NCBI GenBank assembly: GCA_964187785.1
Contig: OZ076409.1
Span: forward strand, 41,170,001-41,234,000
Direction of reading: 5' to 3'
Source: Amphiscolops sp. MND2022
Taxonomy: Eukaryota
Length of the DNA: 64,000 bases
This document shows positions 10,501 through 21,470 of this stretch, piece after piece. How positions within the stretch are numbered: position 1 is the stretch's first letter; each line of letters starts with the position of its first letter. The position numbers and the translations under genes are program-made. The notes under the pieces were generated by a model. The model made no database searches. It saw nothing but the letters and a program-made list of their open reading frames with translations, and had not been told where the DNA came from.

Positions 10501-12344
10501 TGTTGAATGCGGCTCTGGAAAGCTTGTCGTACTTGCATACGATTTCCTCCAGCACCAAAGCGGCTGGATAACAATTCAAACGCCTTCTCGGGGGTGTCGC
10601 GTTCGGATTCTGCTTTGTTAATGATGTAGTTGCGAGCTTCACCTTCAAGGTGACCGATGATGCTCCAGGCCTGGTCCTCGGCTGAGACCTTGGTTTGCGT
10701 TCTCTTCAGGTATCTCTGCATAATAAGGATCCACCCATCAATGGATCCGTCTTTGGAGCCGCGATAAACATTGGGTCTCGCCTGAGCTAAGTCTCTACCG
10801 GCGAGTAAAGGCGCCAACTCTTTTGACATCGCCTTTGATATGGCGGCCGTGAATCTCAGCTGCTCAGGGGATATGGCTTCTCCTTCTTCGACCTTAGCTT
10901 CCCCCTCACGCGTCCTGTCATGACTACCAAGAGTGGCTTGTATTGACAGGTCAGCGATTTCGTCCTTCTTGCGAGTGTTGCTAGCACAGGGAGTGCCCGA
11001 GGGCAGTCCATGATCGGCTGACAAGTCTGCGGTCAAGTATAAGGAGTCTGGTCCTGACATCGAAATAGGGGCAGTTGCAAACGTTGCTCCCTCGGTTTGA
11101 GAACCTAGGATTGCCTTGGTGTTGGATAAGTCGACTTCAACCGAAGAATCAAGATAGATTGTTGACATCGGATCCACGCCTTGATCACGAGTAGTGCTCT
11201 GGGTTGCAGAGGGCATTGATGACTCTGCTGAGTCGTGATGTCCTCTCATCTGCACTCGTGCAGGCTTGCGCTCTGCATCAGGCGTGGCTATCACCAAATT
11301 TCCGGCTACTCCTTCATCTTTCCGGGGCGCAGGTACTGCCGGCGGTACTGCCGGCCTGGAAGTGCTAGGCTTCAACGCACTTGGCAGTTCCGGTTTCACT
11401 ACTTGGCTCGGGTACGTCGGCTCCGAGACACGGACTGAGCCTCCGTTCCGCACACCTCCACTTGCACTGGGCTGCCGCGGGAGTGACCTCTCACGCCTCA
11501 TGACATCAATGGCATTGAGTACTGTGTGCATCTGATTGCTTAAGTCGTTGATCTGCGTTTCCACGCGCAACTCGCGAGCCATCAACATGTCATTCATCTC
11601 TCCCATCCGGTGACCCAATGTGTCCACTCGAGCATTTTGTACGTTCTGCGCGGTACGCAATTGATCGCTGACTTGCAGGCCCTCACGCATCGTCGTCTGC
11701 ATCACTTTAATATTTTCCACGATGGCAAGATGTTGCTCATTGCACTCAGCACGAGTGCTGGCCAGACCTGCTAGAGCCCGTTGGGTTTCGGCTTGGGCGT
11801 CCAATAGCGCTGCCTTGTATACCGAAGACCGTTGCGATGAGGCCAATGAACCTGTCATACTCCTAACACGGGATGCCTCCTGACGTGGTTCGCCTACATG
11901 CAGTGTGGGTGGTCGCACCTTCTTGTGCTTTCCGTAGGCACAGACCCGAGTAGGTCCTCGGGTAGTCCCGAGTCCTCGCGGTCTCGCGTAACTCATGCCT
12001 CCCACATAAGTGAGATCCTGCTCCATGTCGGTCTGTGAGCCGAGTTGTGCCTCTCCAGCCGGGGGTGCGCGCGAGCACCCTTCCTCAGCCACCAATTCAT
12101 CGGTTGCATTCGAATTGGGCCAGCCCTCCTCCACTTCATTGGTTCTATCGCGGCAGGTTTCGTCGACCCACTGCTCGGTTCGACGCGAATTCTCGGAAAC
12201 ACTTGATTTCTCGGAGGGAGGAACCATAGCGGCCAACTCCTCTTTTCGCAGTTGTTCGATAGTGACTTCATCAGACATGTCGTCTGAAAAACGCGAACCA
12301 TCTATCGTGACCCACGATTGTGAACATGTATGGGGCACCGCCAT
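7596..12344 (-). CDS. gag-pol: Gag-protease-RT polyprotein in a single frame
   Basis: Zinc knuckles CFNCGQAGHFARDC (10032-10073) and CAHCGVYDHVDVPC (9876-9917). Protease LVDTGSG (9246-9254) and FLLGRNFL. RT motifs LRFCCDFRPLN, YPLPRID, MPFGLCNA and YIDD (7731-7742). Confidence 0.96.
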   Translation of the reverse strand: MAVPHTCSQSWVTIDGSRFSDDMSDEVTIEQLRKEELAAMVPPSEKSSVSENSRRTEQWVDETCRDRTNEVEEGWPNSNATDELVAEEGCSRAPPAGEAQLGSQTDMEQDLTYVGGMSYARPRGLGTTRGPTRVCAYGKHKKVRPPTLHVGEPRQEASRVRSMTGSLASSQRSSVYKAALLDAQAETQRALAGLASTRAECNEQHLAIVENIKVMQTTMREGLQVSDQLRTAQNVQNARVDTLGHRMGEMNDMLMARELRVETQINDLSNQMHTVLNAIDVMRRERSLPRQPSASGGVRNGGSVRVSEPTYPSQVVKPELPSALKPSTSRPAVPPAVPAPRKDEGVAGNLVIATPDAERKPARVQMRGHHDSAESSMPSATQSTTRDQGVDPMSTIYLDSSVEVDLSNTKAILGSQTEGATFATAPISMSGPDSLYLTADLSADHGLPSGTPCASNTRKKDEIADLSIQATLGSHDRTREGEAKVEEGEAISPEQLRFTAAISKAMSKELAPLLAGRDLAQARPNVYRGSKDGSIDGWILIMQRYLKRTQTKVSAEDQAWSIIGHLEGEARNYIINKAESERDTPEKAFELLSSRFGAGGNRMQVRQAFQSRIQHEKEDWMQFLDALEGLRSQGFPQETINTKRYEILQRFMEGVRDPALRRELAIVYASEVFLTEPPTVESLRFTTRQLQRNRPKPNQFPQRYDPRLAMRSRLHPFAPLPPNKMVLPQGVLPPPPASNAPPNQAAAQPAARLPVGACFNCGQAGHFARDCPTRDQARKPVAAPEPEGVKVTAEDVTDGVLENYPGIHQCAHCGVYDHVDVPCGEHSQAPRPNDELAYNRWAEVESAGVAAHTVALEDDRVLMLHPAEPPAFHPPLIVTCGTKQIQTCLEPTTFDPQGRTLISIHLMLAAEQVRRPTLTFAKLWVELSVLYNRMELPRPKQWYVPGESETLTTYSPVPVCATMDGVDVKFEACVVVDVFPPGLCLGPQELKCYNINHQEPTGEARIDERASLVVSFVVPHAAPIPLRGLVDTGSGVSILTFSAFNRVAARTGAVLKPYQIDLYAANGKTIKTFGLAEQVRSQLGGYEPETNFVVVDDAMGVEDFLLGRNFLRSYQVLVDLTSMKIVVRAPVKPVWHHAHTQVGDASLTTPIALDSDLVLQPFERTVAKAKLVTDALEPLIFQTVALNASLSDPSLQNTIFLEDSVATVSETGTLYVSLINLTSNQQRVRCGAHLGTVVPVSLVYQAVPQNLDATAETDHKTEADNSRANFVYKVYSEMNLSTASELTSSSEFEFLSSTDPSEAGLSEREILKRTDPDLLAPIHGPDSQLQEVKKLWGASACESLDNILNEFDDLFMKRKADIGRCTIAKHTIEVEPGAVPHREGARRMSPEKAERANQEVRSLLALGMIQPSLSPWASGIVMVKKKSGELRFCCDFRPLNEVTIKDAYPLPRIDESLARLGNAKIYTSIDLAWAFWQIPLRKADRHKTAFACELGLFEWRRMPFGLCNASAIFQRAIARALQKMVNRKGSMVMAYIDDIVIATETVEDHMARLREVFECLREAGFKMRVAKCDFVKPEIKYL

Positions 12345-13576
12345 CAGTTCGGTGGCCAACGCGTTTTATTAATAGCGATCGAGTTACCGCTCACGATTAC
12401 TCGGAAGACTCAAATTGGGTCGCCGAACGCACCAGGGTCTTCAATTCGAGGCTGATCCCTTGGTCGTCCCGGTGAGCACTTAAGAAATTTAATGTTACTC
12501 AATGTCCTAGATTTTTCGAAACACGCTCTAGAGCTTGTAGGCTGTTCAAATTTGCACAGCGTTTTCCCACAAGCACACTGGGCCAGAAAATCAACCTGGT
12601 TTGGGGCAAAAAGTCTCCAGTCACTCACAGGAAGAATTTCAAAGAATTTTAGGATTTTTCAAAATTCGCACGACAACACTCAAGAGGCTCGTGTGTGCGC
12701 TAGAAGCGCTGTATCAAGCCCAAAATTGACCAGCAGATCTCAGGTACACGTAGGTTTACGAAAATGAACACAGTTTTCAGCTGCGCCCCTCCTACACAGT
12801 TTCACCTAGGTACAGACGTGCGGTACCACTACGTACCGAACTACACTGTTTTTCACGTCTTTTTCAAGATTGCGGTCCACTGGAAAGAGCTAGCAAGCTC
12901 AAATTCTCTGCAGCAACGTAGGAACTAGCACAGGTTACGATGGTGGGCTGCAATATAGCTCCACCCGTCGGCTAAGGTGCCTGGGTTACTCGGAAAAATT
13001 AAGAAAAAAACTGCCTTTTTGGACACCTTTTTGGGTGCCTCGTTTTTCCTATTTTCTCGACAAGTATCACACAGATCGGCACCAAACTTGGTAGTTTATG
13101 CCAGTGGGCACCTACAATGCCACTGATAAGGTCGAATTGAAGCGCGAGCGCTTACTTGAGGTTTCGACCTACTATGTACGTTGTACACGAAAAAACACAG
13201 TTTTTGACGACCTTTTTTCACAAATTGACCAAGAGGATCACCTCAGAAAATGATACGGCGGGCTAAATGGGACCAACGTGTTGCCCCACTATCCGTAGCA
13301 CTGGGATAAACCCTCAATTGGTGGTGCCCACTAGGTGTAAGGCACTGACAGTCCAGCAGTTTTGGGTTTTTTTGGCTTTTATGCTTTTCTGAAGTCGAAA
13401 CGTCAGAGAGCTTTTCTCGACTTTGGTGAGCGATACGCTCACCAAATTTTCGGCACTAACGTTAATTTTTGTGGTGGTTACGAAAATGCAACCAATTTTT
13501 GGCTAGGGTTCAGGAATCGATGACCCAACCCTAGCTCAGAGACAGTCCAGTTTTGTGGAAAATTGATCAAATTCAG

Positions 13577-13860
13577 TGCGTTTTTCCACTTTTCTCAGCA
13601 CTGAAAAGGAATTTTTGCACGCGGTTTTCACCACAATGCGTTATTTTTACTATAAAAACAGGAAAGGAGAGCGCGCGGGCTCCCAGGTCTCGAAAACAAT
13701 GGGTGTCCCAGAGGCTTTAATGATGCACTCTGGCACTCCTGAAACTGGCCAAAAATCAAGGTTTTTCAACTTTTCTCAACACTGAAAAGGAATTTTTACA
13801 CGCGGTTTTCACCACGATGCGTTGTCTTTGCTGCTAAAATCGAAAATGAGAGCGCTCAAG
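13577..13860. repeat. Diverged direct duplication inside the retrotransposon leader
   Basis: tttttccactttt ctcagcactgaaaaggaatttttgcacgcggttttcaccacaatgcgtt recurs ~183 nt downstream. Confidence 0.75.
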
Positions 13861-15034
13861 CCCGCTCTCTTCGAATAAGCTTCGCTCTGGGTGTTTTCGG
13901 TTAATGCACTTTCTCTGCCCGAAAATGCCAAAAATCACAAGTTTTTCGCACTGTATCAGCCCCAGGCTGCCTGAGTCCGCTACAAAAGTTGCAATTAGTA
14001 TCCTGAGGGTCAACTACACTTGGGTCAGTGCCGTACACTGTCGTTTTGCACTTCCATACTCGCGTACGTTCACATTTTAGGTGCCTTTTTGGCCAAATAT
14101 CCACTTTTTCCACATTTTCGGCATCAAATTGGCACTTTCATCACAATCAAAGGCTTCAACTTCACCTTTCGTGCCTCGTGCCGGCTTTCTCGAGCCTTGC
14201 AGCTGCTTTTTCAAAACTTTCCACCAAGCTTTCCTGGTTTCTTTGAGCACTAGTGCTCGAAACCAAGAAAAACACCAAAAAAAACGCAAAAATGAGGTTT
14301 TTTTCTCCAAGTGCTATCTTTTTCACAGAAAAGCACTTCGTAGGGTGTCGTTACATTTATAGTAGAACGTCACTGACCTGCACCAACGATTCTCCATCGA
14401 AAAAGGTGTATTTTCAAATTTTTCGCCAACCATACTCCATCTGAGCGACACATCTGGTCATAGGGGGTGCATCTTCACCACGTTATTTCTCCACATCTAG
14501 ACCAGGCAGAAACACGCGGGTAGGACCATTAGCACCGTCTGTCGTTGCACTTGCTGTCCACCAAAAACCATGCCTTTAGGACGTCTCCACGAGAAATGGG
14601 AATAGGAAGTAGGCAACACCAGATTTGTCCCCTCCTTCGCCTCGCTGGAGTATGGTCAACCATCCATCCGTTACCATCTTGCATGGCATAAAATGGCTGA
14701 AAATAGCTCAAAAAACCTGTTAGACACCCGTAGCCACGTGCTACGGTCCTCTGCACCTGCAAAAAGGTACCCGCTGATGGGTACACAACACATCACACAT
14801 AAAGAGCGATTTCCTTCTAAAATGCCCAAAAATACCATTTTCACACCTGAAAACACGTTTTCTTCGGCATTTTCTCTGATTCAACGCCTCTCCCAGTTCC
14901 AGTAAGACGTAATACGACTAAAAAAATGGTAAAAATCTGCTTCTCTCTCCTGTCCAGAGTCGAAAACGGGCTTGGCGCTGATCACCAGGGGGCCAGATCT
15001 TTTAAAAACCGCTAGGGAAAGCTTCCCAAGACGA

Positions 15035-15051
15035 TCCCTCTGTGGTCGCCA
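15035..15051 (-). promoter_or_regulatory. Primer-binding site, tRNA-Arg(TCG)-like
   Basis: The minus strand reads TGGCGACCACAGAGGGA, close to the complement of the 3' end of animal tRNA-Arg(TCG) (recalled, not searched). Confidence 0.65.
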
Positions 15052-15066
15052 AAAAATGAGTTTCTA

Positions 15067-15796
15067 TGTAACGATAAGCGCTGGCGCTTGAACCGCAACG
15101 TAGAGTGGAGGAACTAGAACAGCGAATATAATCTGGGACCTAGATCTCCGCGGCTCTAGCTCATATTCCCTCCGAAGGAGCCAGTCCCAAGGTGGGGGAA
15201 CCGTCTTGTAGGATACTCTCTGACCTGGTCCTAGTCTGTAACTGCTAAAAGTAACAGGCATCTTGCAAGACTCAAGACCACTGCTCAACTAGCCTTTAAA
15301 AATCGGGCTGAAAATCGATGAAGGTTGAACCGTAATATTGGAGAATCTGATAAAATCGCCAAATTGGATAAACTGATGTTAAATAACAGCTCTCGAGCAC
15401 ATTAATTTATCACATCGAAAAATACAACAAGAAATCAAGAGTTCAGAGTCATTTGATGGAAATTGACCTCAGCTTCCCAGCGCTAGCGCTAGTTGCCACA
15501 CAGTATACCGCAGGGATACTCAGGCGAACATCTGGAACACTGGTTTTCTCTACATGTAGTAATGGATATCTCCTAGAGATGGACACAATACCGTGCTCTG
15601 TATGCGTTGGGGACGTCTTTTTAGTCGTCTCCGGTGCTTGTTCGTCGCGAGCGGCGATTTCTGCTTTTCTGGGGTGCTTTTTCTGGCAGGTACTTCGTCT
15701 TGAGCATGTTTGAGTGCCACGTCAAATTTGAACGAATTTTTGACAAAATTTCTAAACATGTCGGTTGATATTGCTGTACCAGAGCTTGCCGTTACA
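15067..15796 (-). repeat. Putative 5' LTR (~730 bp)
   Basis: Bounded by the perfect inverted termini TGTAACG...CGTTACA and adjacent to the PBS. The partner LTR is not in the window. Confidence 0.6.
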
Positions 15797-16079
15797 GTGC
15801 TTTATCTCGTCCTCGGTGGTCAACCGGAGTTGTCCCAGAAATTCAGAGGCTCAATGCGTCTCCTGTCGTGGTAATTCAAGGCTAACATCTAAAGGCTTTC
15901 TTCCTAGGGTAGATGTTTGCGTTGTCACCGGATCTCAATTTACCGGTGCTTCCATTTCTTCCGTCTGTGGTGCAAATGCGGGCAATATTATAAACCTTAA
16001 ACTTATAAACCTCAAACTTATTAAGTTTGGTTAGAAGTATATCTGTTTGGATATGAGTCCTTCATGTAACTTCCTGCTC

Positions 16080-17000
16080 TTTTAGGTCATCAATTTTTGC
16101 AACACCGATGAGGTAATATGCTTACAGGAAATAGGGTGCTCTCCGGGTTCTTTATTCTTTGGCGACTGGTACGGAAAGTTTCTTCGATATTGTTTTATAA
16201 TCCACCTCTGCATCGGTCTCACCAAATGCCGCCTATGCGTAGCATGTATCTGGATTCGTTGAAACATTATTTGTTGTTAACCATTCTTACGCTCCTCCGA
16301 TGTTTCTCAGTAAATTTTGTGGAGTCTCGTTTCGTGGTTTCTACCAAACTATAACCGGAGCGGCAAATTCCCAATTTTGGTCTGAATTGACTCGTGGATC
16401 TAAAAGTTAACTATACAATTTTCATCAGATTTTTTGTATCTTTCTTTTTGGCTCCATTTTAAATTTATAAAGACTCGACAGTTGATTCTACAAGGCCTGT
16501 CGCAGCCTGTCTAAAATTGGCAATTCATGTATTAGTTTTATTTTGTAGTCGTCGCAGAACTCTCCAAGTATACTCCCCATAAATTCCGATCATTTTTGAT
16601 GCTTCTCTCCTTTCTGATACCATTAATTGTAAACTTCTAAAGCTTCAATTGCCGTCTCCGCCATTCAACTGTTACTCATTTTTGGCATTAGTCGTTTGCC
16701 ATGGCAACCAACTGAGACTAATATGCTAATGTTTCTATAGCACAGTAATTTTCCCAAAAAATCTAAATGCATTTCTCCTTTTGGAGCCGTTACCGGTTCT
16801 AGTTTCTTTTTTTCTTGGTGAGTGGATTTGAATGCACCGCACGGCTTGCACGTTTTCTCATTCTTACCAATGTGTATTGCCTGTCTTACCAATGAACTAG
16901 CTTTACCTCGGCTAGCATTTCTGAGTAACTGATTTGTTCTGTGCGTAGGACAGCCCAAACTGTCTGGCATCAGTACCAGCTTTTTTCGTTTCTGGTGACA
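16080..17000 (-). pseudogene. Decayed integrase of an older Gypsy element
   Basis: Fragments CKPC...LEPVTAPKGEMHLDFLGKL...ILVSV and FCDDYKIKLIH...ATGLVESTVESL, with many stops and frameshifts. Confidence 0.7.
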
Positions 17001-18684
17001 TTTAACAAGTGTTCAAATCAGAGTGACCTTTTCTTTCATTACCCGGATGTTTACTATTCCGTTTTGTGTTCCGTCTAATCAATAACGTGTCAACGTTATT
17101 TGCTTTGTCTTTACACAGTAGACGATACTTTTCACCACTTAAGTATAAACTAGAATTGACGTCTGCGATAAAATTGTTCGATTCAGCTAAGTCCGACTTG
17201 ATCTCTTACAACGATTTTTGCTACGTTTTACTTTTGGTCGAATATATTCTAAGATCCACCCAACAAAAACCAACCATCACAAATCTGCAAAGGTTTTCCT
17301 CGAAGACTATCAATCGTAAAGGCCTGAAAATTGGCACACGTATACCTGAGCTGTTATGCTACTTGTCTATAAAAATCGAATCGATTTGGGCCCCTAGTCC
17401 CAAACTATTAGCACCGGAAGAGCACTAGGTCGACCCCCATACGGACGGGTCGTTGTAAGTGGGAATAAGTAACATTATAAGGAAATTGATAGCCTATAGG
17501 TTATTAGGCCGTTTGCGTATACTTTCGAAACCCTTCGAAGAGCGTAGAAGGAGCACCGATCCTATGTGAACAATCCACGAATGTTATGTACATCGTCATC
17601 AGTCTATTCGAGGATCACAAAACTTACCTGAGAGGTTCACCTACCAACACTGAGTATTGTTTGTTCAAGGCAAGCGGGACCGGACGCGCTTTTTGTAACC
17701 TCTGACTTGTATTACCTCAAACAAACCGTGATAACGAGTGTAGTCGATCACTAACGTGAATGAACCTATATTTGTGACCCATTCGGGGGTGATCGCCTAA
17801 AGTAAACAAATCATACGCAATTCATGTTACTCGGGAACCATCTACCCTAGAATCATATAACTTGACATGTAGCAACTTTGGACGAGTATAACTAACTTCG
17901 AGGTCACCGGGGTACCTGAAGGTCATGTCAGAAGCGACTTCCGAAAAGATAGGAAAATTTATTATAAACCATAGAAATCAGTGATAATTTATGCACATCA
18001 GTCAGGCGAAAATTTTCGAAATGCATCGCACTTGGAACGACTGAAAAGTACTGCTCACACGTAGCGAACATGTTAACCATGTGATTGAAGGTCATTGAGC
18101 ACTTCTACCGACATTAGAAACGTCTTGGGCAGTTTAAATTTTTTTAGAATGAGGACTTTTGACATGGTGGTGAATTATTTGCCGTTGGCGGCAAAGAATC
18201 TTTGGTCAACGTTTAACTAGTGTAATGACATCAACTTGGGTCAATTCACTCAATCCTCTCGTCTAGATGTAGAGGCCATATTCTCAGGATTTGTTTCATT
18301 TGTTTCCGAAACCGTATTCCCAGGTACTCTGTCAGACAGCTTATCAATTTTGGAAGATAGGTTTTCTATCATCTTGAGAATCTCTCTTTGATTTGTTTCG
18401 TTTTCTTTTTTATGCTGGCAGATTTCTCAACCTTTTCACAGATCTCGCAAAAATCTTTGTCTGAAACGCTCGCAACGTTTCCAGGTCTCAAACCCGCAGC
18501 CTCAGTCTAGCGAACTAGTTGGAGAATCCTTTCTGGCTTTCCTTTTGGATGATCTTTCAGGCATTTTAGTTTTACAGTATGTGACTTTGTACTGGAAAAA
18601 TTAGCTTGAAGATTTCTGTTAGAATGTGAAGAAAATTGAGAGTTTAAAAGGTTTTTTGATTACCAATAACGGATCAAAAAGCAA

Positions 18685-19340
18685 ATGTTTCGCAAAAAGT
18701 ATCAGCTGAAATCTATTCCAAACCAACAGATATCTATACTTTCAGCTCGCCTGAGCGGGGGAAATTGCACACACCATTCACGCCTCGTTCAGCCCGGCGT
18801 CCTTCCGAGGCAGGGAAACCGGAAGTTCAGTTCCACTTTGTCGATTTCAGATTCTCAGTGTGTTCATCCTTTGCTAGGAAAGGAAGCTTCCACTTCCTTT
18901 CTGAGTTGCGACTCCGCTTCCCTTTGCCTCGAATTCCCGTCTTTTCGAGACGCCGAAGCTGAACGTGACAATGAAAGGATATGGATGAATCACAAAATTA
19001 CACCTGACAAGGAAAAGAAAACAAAATAATGACACTCAAAATTTACAGAGCGCAAAATGTCTCTTGATTTAATTAGAAAATCTTCGAAACACTGCACAAT
19101 TTTAAGATTAACTCGAAACACTGGATTTTTAAAGCTTTACGTAGCAGAATTGATGAGTACTGAAATCCTAGTCCCAGGCTGTGGTCTGGGACGTCCACTA
19201 AATTAAACATTGCTTACATTGAAAATGGGACTTAGAATTGCATGTAACTCACGATCGTCATATACAAATACGCGTATTAAACTATACTTTCATTTGGAAA
19301 AAAAAAGAAATCATTCGTATCACTAACATTAAATATTCGT
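18685..19340 (+). repeat. Diverged dispersed partial copy of the 1.1-kb tandem unit
   Basis: Shares gcagggaaaccggaagttcagttcc, ctgagttgcgactcc and gtcccaggctgtgg blocks with 21.9-23.6 kb. Confidence 0.9.
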
Positions 19341-19922
19341 TTGGCCTGGGATGTATCCCCTGGCCGAATTATTTGATCACTGCATTTTCCACAGTATTCT
19401 TGTAATATTTGCAACAGCTACATATTCGACATTGTTTCAACAATTGTTTGAACGGAACAAATTAGTTTACATGAATTCGATAGAAACACATTTTGGATTG
19501 AATTAGAATGAAGTAAATATAGCTCGTTGAGGCCGCTTTCCAGACCGGCGTCTCGCAGTGTTCATTTGAGGCCGGCTGCCAGACCGCAGTTTTGCTGTTA
19601 AATTTTTCGGGGCGCTTGCTAGGCCGCATATTTCCATTGTTATTTATTATATAGCACTGTATTAAATACTATTAACTGTACGGTATCTTCATATAGGTTG
19701 GTACATGATATGTATATAAAACTGTATGTAATTATACGAATACTGGTGAGTGATTTCTTTGATTATTATATTACTTTAGCGCCGTTATTTTAGGTTATTA
19801 TTAAAAGATAGCACAACGAACAGTTACATATTGATTTTTTGTTGTTTTTTCTTCAATTGTTTTCCATTACTTCACTTCCCATTTTGTCCTCTGTAAGCTG
19901 GGTTTTTTGTGTTACAATACTT

Positions 19923-19951
19923 ACAGCTCAGCTGGGGCTGTGGCAACTAGT
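19923..19951 (+). mobile_element. Possible Helitron-type 3' terminus
   Basis: Hairpin ACAGCTC-agctg-GGGCTGT, followed 5 nt later by CTAG|T. Confidence 0.3.
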
Positions 19952-21470
19952 GGTGTTCGCCATGCCATAAAAGGAACATATAAACATCAAAGTAAATGCA
20001 TGCAAACTTAAGATACCGACGCCTAATATTGCAAATGCCCATTATGATAGTAAGTGAAGATGTAACCATCAGAAACACGTGCGATGAATAAACAAATTTG
20101 AGGCGGAATCGAAAGAGTATTTAATAGACAGTTTCGAGTTAGAGAGCTAGCAGAAAGTTGAGCATCGGGACGGGGGCAAGAAATTTGACATAGCTGAAAG
20201 AAATTGTCGTCGTAAGCTCCGGGAGTGAAAGTCCGGCACTTGTGCTTGAGCCATATTTGGCTGAATTGGACATTGCTTCTTCGATTGATGCATATTAGTA
20301 AGTTTGACTGATTTGAATTACTTAGTGTTATTTCTGTGATAAAGTGTTTTTATAATTCCATTACTTGAAGTTTTTGGAAAACGCGAGCTGATAGAGCAAA
20401 TCTGGCGAGAGAAATTGACAATAACTACAAAAGAGTTGGCTAACTCACCAAAACCTTTTTTCTTTTGAACTTCCAATTGGAACTTCCAAGCCCTCGAATT
20501 TGATTTTCTTAGACACCCCTATCATACACTGTTCAGGTCAATTGGTGGTATGACATCACTGCTTATCTTTATTTAGACGTCCTCGAGTCAACCACAGCTG
20601 TCATTCCACTACACTCTATCACCTTTTGCATGCATCTCTGCTTATCATTCGCGTTATATGAAGACGTAATTTAGGCTCCAGCGGCAAGTCGGCGAGCACT
20701 AGTTACGTCGAAGGAAAAACGCGAAAACGCAAAATGGGAAGAACGTCTAAAGCAAAGTCATATCTATTCCCTATCTTAAGACATTCAATTCTAGATGTTA
20801 TTTCTTTTGACAATTTTCCCAAAACACTTCTAATCATTCTTCCTTAGAAGGTATTAGTGCTCCTAATTCAGTCTACAGACGAAACTGCCTGCATTTGCGC
20901 CTATCGGTGCTTCTAAGAAACCTTTTAGTGCAACAAGATGGGAGTGGCATGAAGCTAAAGATGCGCGAAGTGCATTAATTGTTTGATAATTTTTCAAACT
21001 CACAGTTGAAAAGAAACGCAAAAATTTTTCAAAGAGTCAAGGATTCATTTTCGAAAAAATCTCAGTTTAACAATTCTGGTTTTTGGGCTTTAAAAGCTTT
21101 TTTCACTGAAAACATCAAAAAAGCGAAAACATTTTTGTGATAACAGTCATTCCCCGAAAAACACACAAACTTTCCATAAGTAACTTGCAAAGACAACAAA
21201 ACACTTAATCTGCAAAACATTATAATTTCAATGTCAAAAGTTAAAAAAAGAAATGTTGTAGTTTAGTAGTTATAACGTAATTATAACATCAGGACGATAG
21301 TAAAACCAACTATGGCTAGAATTTTTACGCATCCTCTTCGGTTTTAAAAATCAAAAGTGACACCTCCAAAAAATACGCTCATATACGTCGAATTTCATCA
21401 CAAAGTATCGAAAAATGCTATTCTTTAGATCTTTTCAGGCAAATTGACATAAATTTATGTCATTTGTCTT

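Larger units (their letters stand above)
1..15796 (-). mobile_element. Large Ty3/Gypsy (Metaviridae) LTR retrotransposon with extra domains and an extra ORF; 3' end outside the window
   Basis: The gag-PR-RT-RH-INT order is Gypsy-type. PBS at 15035-15051; candidate LTR at 15067-15796; GC content clearly higher than the flanks. Confidence 0.92.

Noticed and set aside
205..12372. Numerous plus-strand ORFs over the retrotransposon
   Set aside because: Antisense shadows of GC-rich minus-strand coding sequence with no recognisable motifs.
17454..17867. Possible solo LTR (TGTAAGT...ACTTGACA)
   Set aside because: The termini are imperfect and no TSD or partner LTR was found.
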